A stretch of 50,198 bases of DNA from IMG/VR virus record IMGVR_UViG_3300027868_000002, positions 1 to 50,198 of that record. One strand, 5' to 3'. Position 1 is the stretch's first letter. The number at the start of each line of letters is the position of its first letter. The translations under genes and the position numbers were made by a program. The notes beneath the pieces are model-generated. The model did no database searches. It was given only the letters and a program-made list of their open reading frames with translations, and had not been told where the DNA came from. The DNA is from a virus. Lineage: Duplodnaviria; Caudoviricetes. Positions 1 to 7,848 of the stretch are shown here, in pieces.

Positions 1-127
1 TTTGAAAGGATAGAACGATGATAGCACTTAAATTTATAATGATATGTTCAGCGATTAGTTTTGTATGTTCGTTGTGGGCGGATTATTTGTTGGAGGATTA
101 AAATAATGAGAACACAATATAACAATG
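1..127. repeat. Terminal direct repeat, copy 1 (likely assembly overlap of a circular contig)
   Basis: 1-127 identical to 50072-50198; 127 nt is a common assembler k-mer length. Confidence 0.95.
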
Positions 128-327
128 GCAATGATATTAGTCTACAGGAAAACGGATGTGACGGATGTAGTCCCGATATGATAAATGGGATTTTATGCCA
201 TGAAAGTGGTTGTCCAGACGCATGGCGGGATTATGATAGAGATTGTAAATGGTGTGGACAAACATTTCAGCCAGAAAACAGAAATCAACAATTCTGTGAT
301 AATGAATGTGCCACCGCGTATAATTAA
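106..327 (+). CDS. Small Cys-rich early protein
   Basis: GGAGG RBS before ATG106; CDGC, CHESGCP, CKWC, FCDNEC motifs. Confidence 0.75.
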   Translation: MRTQYNNGNDISLQENGCDGCSPDMINGILCHESGCPDAWRDYDRDCKWCGQTFQPENRNQQFCDNECATAYN

Positions 328-488
328 CAACAGTGCTACTGTATTGGAGGTGAAGATGTTATATCAAAAAGCAGATATTAAAGATGGACAAATTGTAATT
401 ACTGAATCAAAACAAATGGATAAAGTAATTAAATGGTTGGCAATAGCGGCGTTTGTGGCATCGTGTTAACGAGAAAGTGAGGAATAAA

Positions 489-764
489 GTGGATAGAATT
501 ACACAGAAAAATTTAGAATGCTTAGTCAAGAGAATTAACCAAGCTACCAATTCACCGGCAGAAACATTTACAAAAGAAGGTAATCCGCCGTTTTTGTGGA
601 ATATTGGCAATTACCACTTGGATTATGCTTATAGTGGTGTTAAGCTTGTACAAACAGCTAATGAGCATGGTGGAATTAGAACTATTTCCACTGGTGGATA
701 TAGAACAAAACGAGAGCTGTATCAGTGGATGCAAGCATTCTTGGCTGGATTAGAAAATAATTGA
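489..764 (+). CDS. Hypothetical early phage protein
   Basis: GAGG RBS before GTG489; ORF track. Confidence 0.7.
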   Translation: MDRITQKNLECLVKRINQATNSPAETFTKEGNPPFLWNIGNYHLDYAYSGVKLVQTANEHGGIRTISTGGYRTKRELYQWMQAFLAGLENN

Positions 765-774
765 AAGATTTTAC

Positions 775-803
775 TTGCACTTTGAATGGAAATAGTTTAT
801 ACT
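775..803 (+). promoter_or_regulatory. Sigma70-type promoter
   Basis: TTGCAC-17 nt-TATACT in intergenic AT-rich DNA. Confidence 0.65.
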
Positions 804-831
804 TTATGTAGGTTAATTGAAAGGGATAAAA

Positions 832-1002
832 ATGATAAAAGAGCTTTCAAAATTTGATTTGCCAAGTGGCTATAGGAATGCAGGATTTAATAATAATCCT
901 GAACCGCTTTTAACACAAGAAAATATGTCAGCTATATGGAATAAGTTAAACGAGTTAATTGATGCGTTTAATAGACATATAGAGCAAAGACACCATAGCT
1001 AA
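832..1002 (+). CDS. Hypothetical protein
   Basis: GAAAGGG RBS before ATG832. Confidence 0.65.
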   Translation: MIKELSKFDLPSGYRNAGFNNNPEPLLTQENMSAIWNKLNELIDAFNRHIEQRHHS

Positions 1003-1027
1003 TAAAATCATCTATCCTTCTCTTAAT

Positions 1028-1054
1028 ACCCTCCAGTGTGTAGCTGGGGGGATT
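1028..1054 (+). terminator. Possible intrinsic terminator hairpin
   Basis: CCCTCCAG-loop-CTGGGGGG followed by ATTT. Confidence 0.45.
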
Positions 1055-1087
1055 TAAGCGAATGATGGTTTGATTAGGAGATTAAAA

Positions 1088-1384
1088 GTGAATAAATATA
1101 CAAATGGGCAATTAGCAGTATCCTCAAGTTTCATAATTGTGAACATTGAGACTGGTAAAGTTGTTGGTAATACACAACCAATGGGAGTTGAAGGTTTGGA
1201 TATATCTTATGCTGAAGCGTGTGCGTATGCTGTTCTTTTTGCTGTCGCTCCTGATTTACTGAAAGCATTAAAGAAAATAGCTAAACATGAGAAAGGATGT
1301 AAAAAACGCAACATAGGGTATGATATTACCGTTGATAATATAGCCACAGAAGCTATAACTAAAGTGGAGGTAGAAAATGAGTAA
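1088..1384 (+). CDS. Hypothetical early protein (APDLL-type C-terminus)
   Basis: AGGAG RBS; AVAPDLLKALK motif common in phage early proteins. Confidence 0.7.
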   Translation: MNKYTNGQLAVSSSFIIVNIETGKVVGNTQPMGVEGLDISYAEACAYAVLFAVAPDLLKALKKIAKHEKGCKKRNIGYDITVDNIATEAITKVEVENE

Positions 1385-1482
1385 ATGGACGTTCAAAAGT
1401 GACAGTGCTGGTCATGGAGCACAGAAACGCAAGACAAAGCGTATTAAGAAGAAGCGTGTTAAGCGTGATATATGGAGGTAAG

Positions 1483-1782
1483 ATGAAAGACAAAGAACAA
1501 ACCAAAACAGTGTTTCGGATTTATCCAGACGGAGAGGTTATTGCGTTGTTTCCTCAAATAGAAGCGCGTGGTTATTCATGTAGTAGTTATTTGCATGTAG
1601 GACAACATGGTGCGGCTGATATTGACCTTGTAGTCCGTGAAACCAGATTGGCTAAACCAAAAGAATATAAATCGTTGTTGAAAGAACTTAAAAAGATTGG
1701 ATATAGGCCGAAGATTATGAAACGATGTACTTATAAAGACTTTTTGTTGCGGAGGCAAAAGAATGAGCAAAGAAGATATTGA
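1483..1782 (+). CDS. Conserved-type hypothetical phage early protein
   Basis: GGAGG RBS; VFR..GEVIALFP..SYLHVGQHG pattern. Confidence 0.75.
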   Translation: MKDKEQTKTVFRIYPDGEVIALFPQIEARGYSCSSYLHVGQHGAADIDLVVRETRLAKPKEYKSLLKELKKIGYRPKIMKRCTYKDFLLRRQKNEQRRY

Positions 1783-1913
1783 CAGACAATGTGAACGTGA
1801 GGGGCAAGCGTTACGGCGACAGGGCAGGAATTTTAATCATAATGACAGCCGGACGAGACAGCAGATGAACTATAACAAAAAGCGGTTTGATAGATTGTTT
1901 AGGAGATAGTAAA

Positions 1914-2102
1914 ATGAATATTAGAATTGAGATTAATACGGATAATGATGCGTTTACGGATAATGAATCTCAAGAAACTTGCAGGATATTACATGAGCTA
2001 ATAGATAGGATTTACAGATATTCTCACTTTAGCCCTGACCATTGTCAGCTGTTACGTGATTATAACGGCAATACAGTAGGGCGTTTTGATATATTAGAAT
2101 AA
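1914..2102 (+). CDS. Hypothetical protein
   Basis: AGGAG RBS; NDAF...LRDYNGNTVG pattern. Confidence 0.7.
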   Translation: MNIRIEINTDNDAFTDNESQETCRILHELIDRIYRYSHFSPDHCQLLRDYNGNTVGRFDILE

Positions 2103-2119
2103 TCTGCGGGGGTAATAAA

Positions 2120-2317
2120 ATGGCCGATAGCTTTATAAATCGTAAGGCATGTAAAGAGTTTGCATTAAGATGGGCGCAAGAGACAAGGACAGGATGGATG
2201 CCAAGTCAGGTGTCTAAGGGGTTTATTGATGATTTGGATGCTAAGGTTAGATTGTTGATACAAGGTGCGGTGCAAAAGCATAGGACGGTTGGGCGGACTG
2301 TAAAGGATTTGTTTTGA
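2120..2317 (+). CDS. Putative prokaryotic histone-fold protein
   Basis: 65 aa; helix1 (RKACKEFA), loop VS, long helix2 (KGFIDDLDAKVRLLIQGAVQKH), loop GRTVK resembling the RKTV motif of bacterial/archaeal histones. Confidence 0.6.
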   Translation: MADSFINRKACKEFALRWAQETRTGWMPSQVSKGFIDDLDAKVRLLIQGAVQKHRTVGRTVKDLF

Positions 2318-2343
2318 TAATTGTTTATTGAAAGGAAATAAAA

Positions 2344-2544
2344 GTGGGAGATTATAAGAAAAACCCAATATATCCATTTGAAATTAAAGTGCCCAATAAG
2401 ATTAGGAAACGAATAACACTACATGAAAAAGATGAAGTTGACGATAATATTACTAAGAGAAATAATCTGAAAAATCAAGGAATAAAAAGTACGCTTTTTA
2501 ATGTAGGATTAAAGATACGAGACAAAATAAGAGGGAGAGTATAG
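2344..2544 (+). CDS. Basic hypothetical protein
   Basis: GAAAGG RBS before GTG; ORF track. Confidence 0.5.
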   Translation: MGDYKKNPIYPFEIKVPNKIRKRITLHEKDEVDDNITKRNNLKNQGIKSTLFNVGLKIRDKIRGRV

Positions 2545-2733
2545 AAATTAAATAGAGCACGGTATGAACTTGTGTGGTTTAGCATGTGAATAGAGGATTA
2601 TTGAAAGTGAGGTAGAAAATGAATCCAAGACTGGAACAGGTATTAAATAGTTTGCCGGATTTGGTGTATCGTGGTGTGTATACCAGTAAGGAAGCGGTGC
2701 AGATATTGTTGGCGATTTGGGAGGAAACGCAAA

Positions 2734-3687
2734 ATGAGAACCACTAAACTTATTATTTTACTGTTATTGGCATCTGTGGCAACAGCGACAACTTCGGATT
2801 TGGTGGTCGAAGGTGTTGGGCCAAATAATAATATCAATCTACATCAAGTCGGCGGGCAATTGACACAAGCGCCTAATTACGAATGGTGGTACGGATGTAG
2901 CCCGACTTCGGCGGGAATGATGATGGGGTATTATGATAGGAATGGATTTAGCGATATTGTGCCTGGGACTATTGCCGAATTGAACACATATCCATCGGAA
3001 GCGGGATGGTGGGATTATGCGATTCAGAATAAGATTGCAAGTGTGGGGCATGTTGCAGACTTTTATTATGCCGGTAATGATGGTTATGGCGATGACCCAT
3101 TGATACCCTCACATAGTTTTAATTGCCTTGCGGATTTTATGGGGACGAGTCAGGATAACTTGAGCCCTATTTATAGCGGCAATCCGAATGGATGGACGGC
3201 GTTTCTTTATTATAATGACAATAGGCCGTTGTCTGTTGTGGATTTGGATGCGTTAGGTGAGGATTATTATAATATTGATGGCGGCTATGGGATTGATGAG
3301 TTTATGGAGTATGCTGGATATGATACTGCCGATGTTTACAATCAATATATTGCCGGTTATAATGGAGTGGCAGAAGGGTTTACATTGGAACAGTATAAAA
3401 GCGAGATTGACGCTGGCAGGCCGGTATTGATTCATGTGGATAACCATACGATGTTTGGATATGGATATATTGATGGGACGGATTATATTAATGTATATGA
3501 CACGTGGTTCCCAAATGGACAAAGCCCTGGGTTAATGGCCTGGGGCGAAACATATCCTTATGGAGTTATAGACCTGGAACATTATGGCGTTACCGTTATG
3601 CAGCCTATCCCTGAGCCGTCTACAGTGGTGATATTGGGATTAGGTGGGATGTTTTTATTGATACGTAAATTGAGGAGAATAAAATGA
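2734..3687 (+). CDS. Secreted papain-like (C39/C10-like) cysteine peptidase with PEP-CTERM sorting signal
   Basis: Signal peptide MRTTKLIILLLLASVATA; GCSPT (Cys), NHTM (His), VYDTW (Asp); C-terminal IPEPS + TM + RKLRRIK. Confidence 0.85.
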   Translation: MRTTKLIILLLLASVATATTSDLVVEGVGPNNNINLHQVGGQLTQAPNYEWWYGCSPTSAGMMMGYYDRNGFSDIVPGTIAELNTYPSEAGWWDYAIQNKIASVGHVADFYYAGNDGYGDDPLIPSHSFNCLADFMGTSQDNLSPIYSGNPNGWTAFLYYNDNRPLSVVDLDALGEDYYNIDGGYGIDEFMEYAGYDTADVYNQYIAGYNGVAEGFTLEQYKSEIDAGRPVLIHVDNHTMFGYGYIDGTDYINVYDTWFPNGQSPGLMAWGETYPYGVIDLEHYGVTVMQPIPEPSTVVILGLGGMFLLIRKLRRIK

Positions 3688-3809
3688 GTATGACCTGTAT
3701 TGCAGCTATAGCTAAAGCAGAGAAATCCGAATAACTCCAATATATGAGAGTTATGAGCAAGTATTATGTCGCCCGGAACCGAGATCGGGCTTTAGAAAGG
3801 ACATGAGAT

Positions 3810-4004
3810 ATGACATATAGAAATCTAACAAGCGAACAGTTTAACAAAGTGAAAGATCTTGCATCCCATAGATGTACTAAACTCGGATTGAAAACCATAG
3901 GAGAGTATAAGCGGGTTGGGAATGAGATAATTGATGAAATAGAAGCCGGAAAACTAAAGTTCATTTTCGATTGCCAAAATAACATTGTAATTGTTGAAAA
4001 CTAA
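3810..4004 (+). CDS. Hypothetical protein
   Basis: ORF track; GAAAGGA upstream. Confidence 0.55.
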   Translation: MTYRNLTSEQFNKVKDLASHRCTKLGLKTIGEYKRVGNEIIDEIEAGKLKFIFDCQNNIVIVEN

Positions 4005-4057
4005 CACTAACCGAGATCGTCGCTCCTGCGGCGGCTCACAAATTGAAAGGGTGGAAA

Positions 4058-4330
4058 ATGAAACAGATGATTTCAAAATGTGATAAATGTAAGAAGCTGA
4101 CGGATGAATTGATTGATGTGTCTGTGGTTAATCGCAACCAAGAGGTAAATCAAGAAAATAAAGGCGGTTATCACAAGAACTATAATGACTATTTTACTGC
4201 GACTTTTCTTAGTACTCCTAATACAAAATATCCTACCATTAAGATGGAACTATGTGAAGATTGTGTGCGAGTATTGCTGCATTGGCTCGGCCATCCTGAG
4301 AATGAGTTTGTTAGATCACAGATAGGATAA
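4058..4330 (+). CDS. Zinc-ribbon-like hypothetical protein
   Basis: CDKC...ELCEDC; GAAAGGG RBS. Confidence 0.7.
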   Translation: MKQMISKCDKCKKLTDELIDVSVVNRNQEVNQENKGGYHKNYNDYFTATFLSTPNTKYPTIKMELCEDCVRVLLHWLGHPENEFVRSQIG

Positions 4331-4335
4331 ATATA

Positions 4336-4785
4336 ATGAGATTGATAAGAGATAAAGGCTATTTTGGTATTGGTATTTATAATACAAAAATAGGCGCGAA
4401 TGTTGGTACTTTATGGCGAAGTGCAAATATTTTTGGTGTGTCTTTCATCTTCACAATAGGGCATCGGTACAAAAAACAAAGCTCGGACACCATGAAAACA
4501 CCGAATGACATACCACTTTTGGCCTTCGATAATTTCGATGATTTCTACAAACACTTGCCCTATGGATGTCAATTAGTGGGTATAGAAATTGTTGAGACAG
4601 CAATAAAGATTCAGGAGTTTGAACACCCAAAACAATGTGTTTATTTGCTTGGGGCTGAGGATCATGGGCTGCCTGATAGTGTGCTTGGTAAGTGTCAGGG
4701 TGTGGTTGTGCTGCCTGGTGATTATTGTTTGAATGTTGCTACGGCTGGTTCAATAGTGTTGTATGATAGAATATTGAAAGAATAA
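4336..4785 (+). CDS. SpoU/TrmH-family SPOUT RNA methyltransferase
   Basis: NVGTLWRSA, LGAEDHGL, CLNVATAGSIVLYD SPOUT motifs. Confidence 0.9.
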   Translation: MRLIRDKGYFGIGIYNTKIGANVGTLWRSANIFGVSFIFTIGHRYKKQSSDTMKTPNDIPLLAFDNFDDFYKHLPYGCQLVGIEIVETAIKIQEFEHPKQCVYLLGAEDHGLPDSVLGKCQGVVVLPGDYCLNVATAGSIVLYDRILKE

Positions 4786-4802
4786 ACAATGAAAGGGCGA
4801 CA

Positions 4803-4994
4803 ATGACTGACGATGAGATTATGTATAAGGCGTTTATGGTAGTTTGGAAAGTGTTAGGACAGGTGCGGCCTGGAATTACCTATGAGGAGAGGTTTATCAG
4901 GGCACTTTTGGCAACAAGTCAGGATAAGTTTGACAGGGCTAAGAGGCTAAATCCGAGGAAAATTGACAAATTAAGACGAATTGTGTCAAAATAG
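4803..4994 (+). CDS. Hypothetical protein
   Basis: GAAAGGG RBS; ORF track. Confidence 0.6.
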   Translation: MTDDEIMYKAFMVVWKVLGQVRPGITYEERFIRALLATSQDKFDRAKRLNPRKIDKLRRIVSK

Positions 4995-5260
4995 GGAGGC
5001 CAAATAAGGGTAAAAAGTGTGTCATATCGTTGTTTTTAAGCTGAAAACAAGATGTCACTACCCTCGTTTTTAGACTAAAAATAACGGTGACAAGAAAAAT
5101 AGCTAAAATGGCGTGTCACTACCCCTATTTTCAACCTAATTAAATGGCTTTATCTGAAAAAGAAACAATTTGTATATATATTTTTTATTTTTTTTATTAT
5201 ATAATAATAAATAGCAAATGGTTCCTTTTTTGGAGGTAATTTTTAATTAAATATCAAATT
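4982..5260. other. Candidate replication origin (iterated TGTCA(C) sites plus AT-rich tract)
   Basis: TGTCACTACCC at 5053 and 5114, related sites at 4984, 5020 and inverted at 5088; very AT-rich 5160-5255; upstream of the helicase-like gene. Confidence 0.45.
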
Positions 5261-5274
5261 GTTCCGTTTTTCAC

Positions 5275-5302
5275 TTGACTTTTGACGGATGTGTGATATA
5301 AT
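5275..5302 (+). promoter_or_regulatory. Sigma70-type promoter with extended -10
   Basis: TTGACT-16 nt-TATAAT with TGn. Confidence 0.75.
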
Positions 5303-5336
5303 AAAGGTGAATGATTGAGAGTAAAAGGAGACAAAA

Positions 5337-5495
5337 ATGAAAGACTATACACCTGGTTTACTAAGACATAGATGTTCAAATTTAATGCGAATTGGTAAGC
5401 CAATAAAAGTTTATCAATATACAGCACAAAAACGTAAACCATGTCCTAATTGTGGTAAAAAAATACCTGTATTAGTAACCAATAAAGAATACTAA
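5337..5495 (+). CDS. Small zinc-ribbon protein (52 aa, not in ORF track)
   Basis: AGGAG RBS; HRC...CPNCGK. Confidence 0.65.
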   Translation: MKDYTPGLLRHRCSNLMRIGKPIKVYQYTAQKRKPCPNCGKKIPVLVTNKEY

Positions 5496-5504
5496 GGATA
5501 AACA

Positions 5505-6752
5505 ATGACCAAGAAGATTAAGCGAGCAAAGAGTAAAAGAGCAATCAATCCGGTAGAAGAGTATAAAAAGACAGTAAGTAAATATCTTGTTCTGAATGAA
5601 AGCCATGATTACATTGATTTTGTCTTTGGTGTGATTTTTGCAAATAGATTGGATGCCAAACCAATATGGGCTTATTTGATTGGGCCAAGTGCGGCGGGGA
5701 AGACTACAGTAATTGACCCAATGAACGGGCATGAAAGTGTTTTGGTAACAGATGATTTAACTCACGCCAGTTTGTTACCTGGCATTAAGGCGGGGAGGCC
5801 AACTGAGAAGACAGCAAAAGCAGCAGTTAAAAATTCATTATTAAGTCGTGCCGATGGAAAGATTCTTATTGTAAAGGATATGTCGCCGTTGCTGACAAAA
5901 CATTATGATGAGTTGAAGTCAATTTTAGGTGTATTGAGGACGGCCTATGATGGCACATATTCCAAGAATTTTGGCAATATAGGTGAAGTTAAGATTAATT
6001 GCAGGTTTGGTTTTATTGCTGCTGTTACTGATGATATTGATAACCATTCTATTATTGATTCGGAATTGGGGCAAAGGTTTATTGGGTACAGGATGCCTTC
6101 TATCAGTTTGAAGGAGGAGAGAGCGATATGTGATGCTGTGAGGGAGAATAAAGAAAGTGTGTTGAATGAGGTGCTGCATGAAGCGGCGTGTAAGGTGTTG
6201 GATAGAGGGCCAAAAGAGCCGAGTATTACGAAAAGGCAAGCTGATACAATTATGTATGCGGCTGAATTAGTTGGTTTGGCGAGAACAGGGATAAGAAGAG
6301 ATAAATACAGACGTGATGCCAGAGTGTCGAGACCGGAAAGAACGGCAAGGCTGTATTCTCAATTGATTAGTTTGGCGAAAGGCGTGGCGATGGCAAGAGG
6401 GCATAAGAGGGTGATGGGGGAGGATGTGGTGTTTGTCAGGCATGTGGCCGCACATACATTGAGCCTTGAGACATTGCGCTTGTTGAACATGTTTATCGAC
6501 TTCGGCGGGCTGACTATTGATAGGCTGCATGATAGATTCGGTTGGCATAAAGATACGTGTTTTGAGAAACTTGACAATCTTAAACAAGTGGGAATATGTG
6601 ATACCGAACCAATTGCCGGTAAAAAGGGGAGGGATGAAACTATGTGGACGTTGAAGAGGCCGGATCAGTGGGAGAAGATGTTGAGGAAATTGGATTATGA
6701 TGTATGTTATCATGGTAGTGCGAGTAAGAGGGGTAAGAGAATTAAATTTTGA
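5505..6752 (+). CDS. MCM-like AAA+ ATPase / putative replicative helicase with C-terminal winged helix
   Basis: Walker A GPSAAGKT; ADGKILIVKD (Walker B region); FIAAVT sensor 1; QRF arginine finger; RLYSQLISLA...V..EDV sensor-2 helix. Confidence 0.75.
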   Translation: MTKKIKRAKSKRAINPVEEYKKTVSKYLVLNESHDYIDFVFGVIFANRLDAKPIWAYLIGPSAAGKTTVIDPMNGHESVLVTDDLTHASLLPGIKAGRPTEKTAKAAVKNSLLSRADGKILIVKDMSPLLTKHYDELKSILGVLRTAYDGTYSKNFGNIGEVKINCRFGFIAAVTDDIDNHSIIDSELGQRFIGYRMPSISLKEERAICDAVRENKESVLNEVLHEAACKVLDRGPKEPSITKRQADTIMYAAELVGLARTGIRRDKYRRDARVSRPERTARLYSQLISLAKGVAMARGHKRVMGEDVVFVRHVAAHTLSLETLRLLNMFIDFGGLTIDRLHDRFGWHKDTCFEKLDNLKQVGICDTEPIAGKKGRDETMWTLKRPDQWEKMLRKLDYDVCYHGSASKRGKRIKF

Positions 6753-6857
6753 TTTGAATAATAGGAGATGAGACTATGTGTGTTGATAAAGCTATTTTTC
6801 CCAAGTACATTGGTCAGATGGATGTTAAAAAATCTGTAGAAAAGTAAAAGATTTTTC

Positions 6858-6885
6858 TTGACATTAACCAAATATGTGTTATAAT
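6858..6885 (+). promoter_or_regulatory. Consensus sigma70 promoter
   Basis: TTGACA-16 nt-TATAAT with TGn. Confidence 0.85.
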
Positions 6886-6933
6886 GTTGTATAGAGATTG
6901 AGAGTAAAAGAGGGATTAAAAGGAGCGAAACTA

Positions 6934-7185
6934 ATGATTAAATTACTAAAAGATGAAGTGCCGAAAGGAATTTGGGTTGGTAATATGAAGGATGGAGATG
7001 TTGGTGTTATTGTTGCATGGGCTTGTGATGAACATGAATATGTAAATCAAATTGTTCAAAGGTTTGATGATATATTAATCACAATTGGTGAATCATCTGG
7101 CTGTGTGTGGCATGGTATGAATAAGTTGGATGTTCGTTGCCGTGTGAGGCTGTTGGAAAAGGGTGAGAAGTTGGTTGTAACTTAA
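6934..7185 (+). CDS. Hypothetical protein
   Basis: AAGGAG RBS before ATG6934. Confidence 0.7.
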   Translation: MIKLLKDEVPKGIWVGNMKDGDVGVIVAWACDEHEYVNQIVQRFDDILITIGESSGCVWHGMNKLDVRCRVRLLEKGEKLVVT

Positions 7186-7242
7186 AATTTGAAAAAGCAA
7201 TTGACATAATCCTCCATTTATATACGACAGAGGTAATAAAAA

Positions 7243-7554
7243 ATGAATCCTAATGCCGGTAATTCTAAATTAACAAGAATGGGATCATTGAACATACTTG
7301 AAAGACGTAATCTTGTTGAACTTTATTGTAATGTGGCGAACCTACTTCCTATTGACGAGTGCATGCTTTTTCATCTTTTTTACAGACATGGATATTCAAC
7401 TATAGAAATATCACAGCTTTTAATGAAGCATGATGCAACAATATCAAGACGTTTGAAAAAAATAGGAGACAAAATAACAAAAATAATAAGAGGGAAAGTG
7501 CCGCGCTCACAAATGACAAGGACGGCAGACGCACAAGTAAGACTAAAAAGGTAG
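7243..7554 (+). CDS. Sigma70 region-4-like HTH transcription regulator
   Basis: LP..E..LFHLFYRHGYSTIEISQLL..HDATISRRLKKI pattern. Confidence 0.8.
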   Translation: MNPNAGNSKLTRMGSLNILERRNLVELYCNVANLLPIDECMLFHLFYRHGYSTIEISQLLMKHDATISRRLKKIGDKITKIIRGKVPRSQMTRTADAQVRLKR

Positions 7555-7596
7555 ATGTTCTTGCTCGTCCTTGTTTGTTTTTTGACAAATAAATAC

Positions 7597-7695
7597 AGGA
7601 GGATATGCCGATAGTTGGGTAATGGCGGTTCAACACCGTCCGTTATAAGGTTACCACCATGTAACTGGTGCTTATGGCGTAGGCAATCCTTTTTT
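7597..7695 (+). ncRNA. Candidate structured ncRNA with T-loop hairpin
   Basis: Outer stem AGGAGGAT-TGCC/GGCA-ATCCTTTT; GGCGG-TTCAACA-CCGTC; CGTTATAAG/CTTATGGCG stem; CACCA/TGGTG stem. Confidence 0.6.
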
Positions 7696-7717
7696 GAAAA
7701 GTAAATAATACCAGCAA

Positions 7718-7806
7718 GGGGCGGCGGCGTGTGTGAAACGCAGGGTGTAGTACAGCTTTAATCCGCTACCGGAGATAGCAAGCAGGTAAGAATCCTGCCT
7801 GCCCAT
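7718..7806 (+). ncRNA. tRNA-like element (degenerate/pseudo-tRNA, no valid anticodon arm)
   Basis: Acceptor GGGCGG/CTGCCC, D arm GCGT/ACGC, variable arm GCTA/TAGC, T arm GCAGG-TAAGAAT-CCTGC. Confidence 0.55.
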
Positions 7807-7848
7807 TTATTTTTGATAAACTGGAGCAAATAATTAAAGGAGAAAATA

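Noticed and set aside
1-127. 127-bp terminal repeat as a biological DTR
   Set aside because: Length equals a common assembler k-mer and the second copy runs into the start of a gene; most likely circular-assembly overlap
3777-4040. AACCGAGATCG repeated on both sides of ORF 3810..4004 as integron-like attC cassette
   Set aside because: Only two 11-nt copies, no attC R/L box structure and no integrase
7718-7806. Functional tRNA-Tyr (GTA present, long variable arm)
   Set aside because: No 5-bp anticodon stem or U33 context; T loop non-canonical
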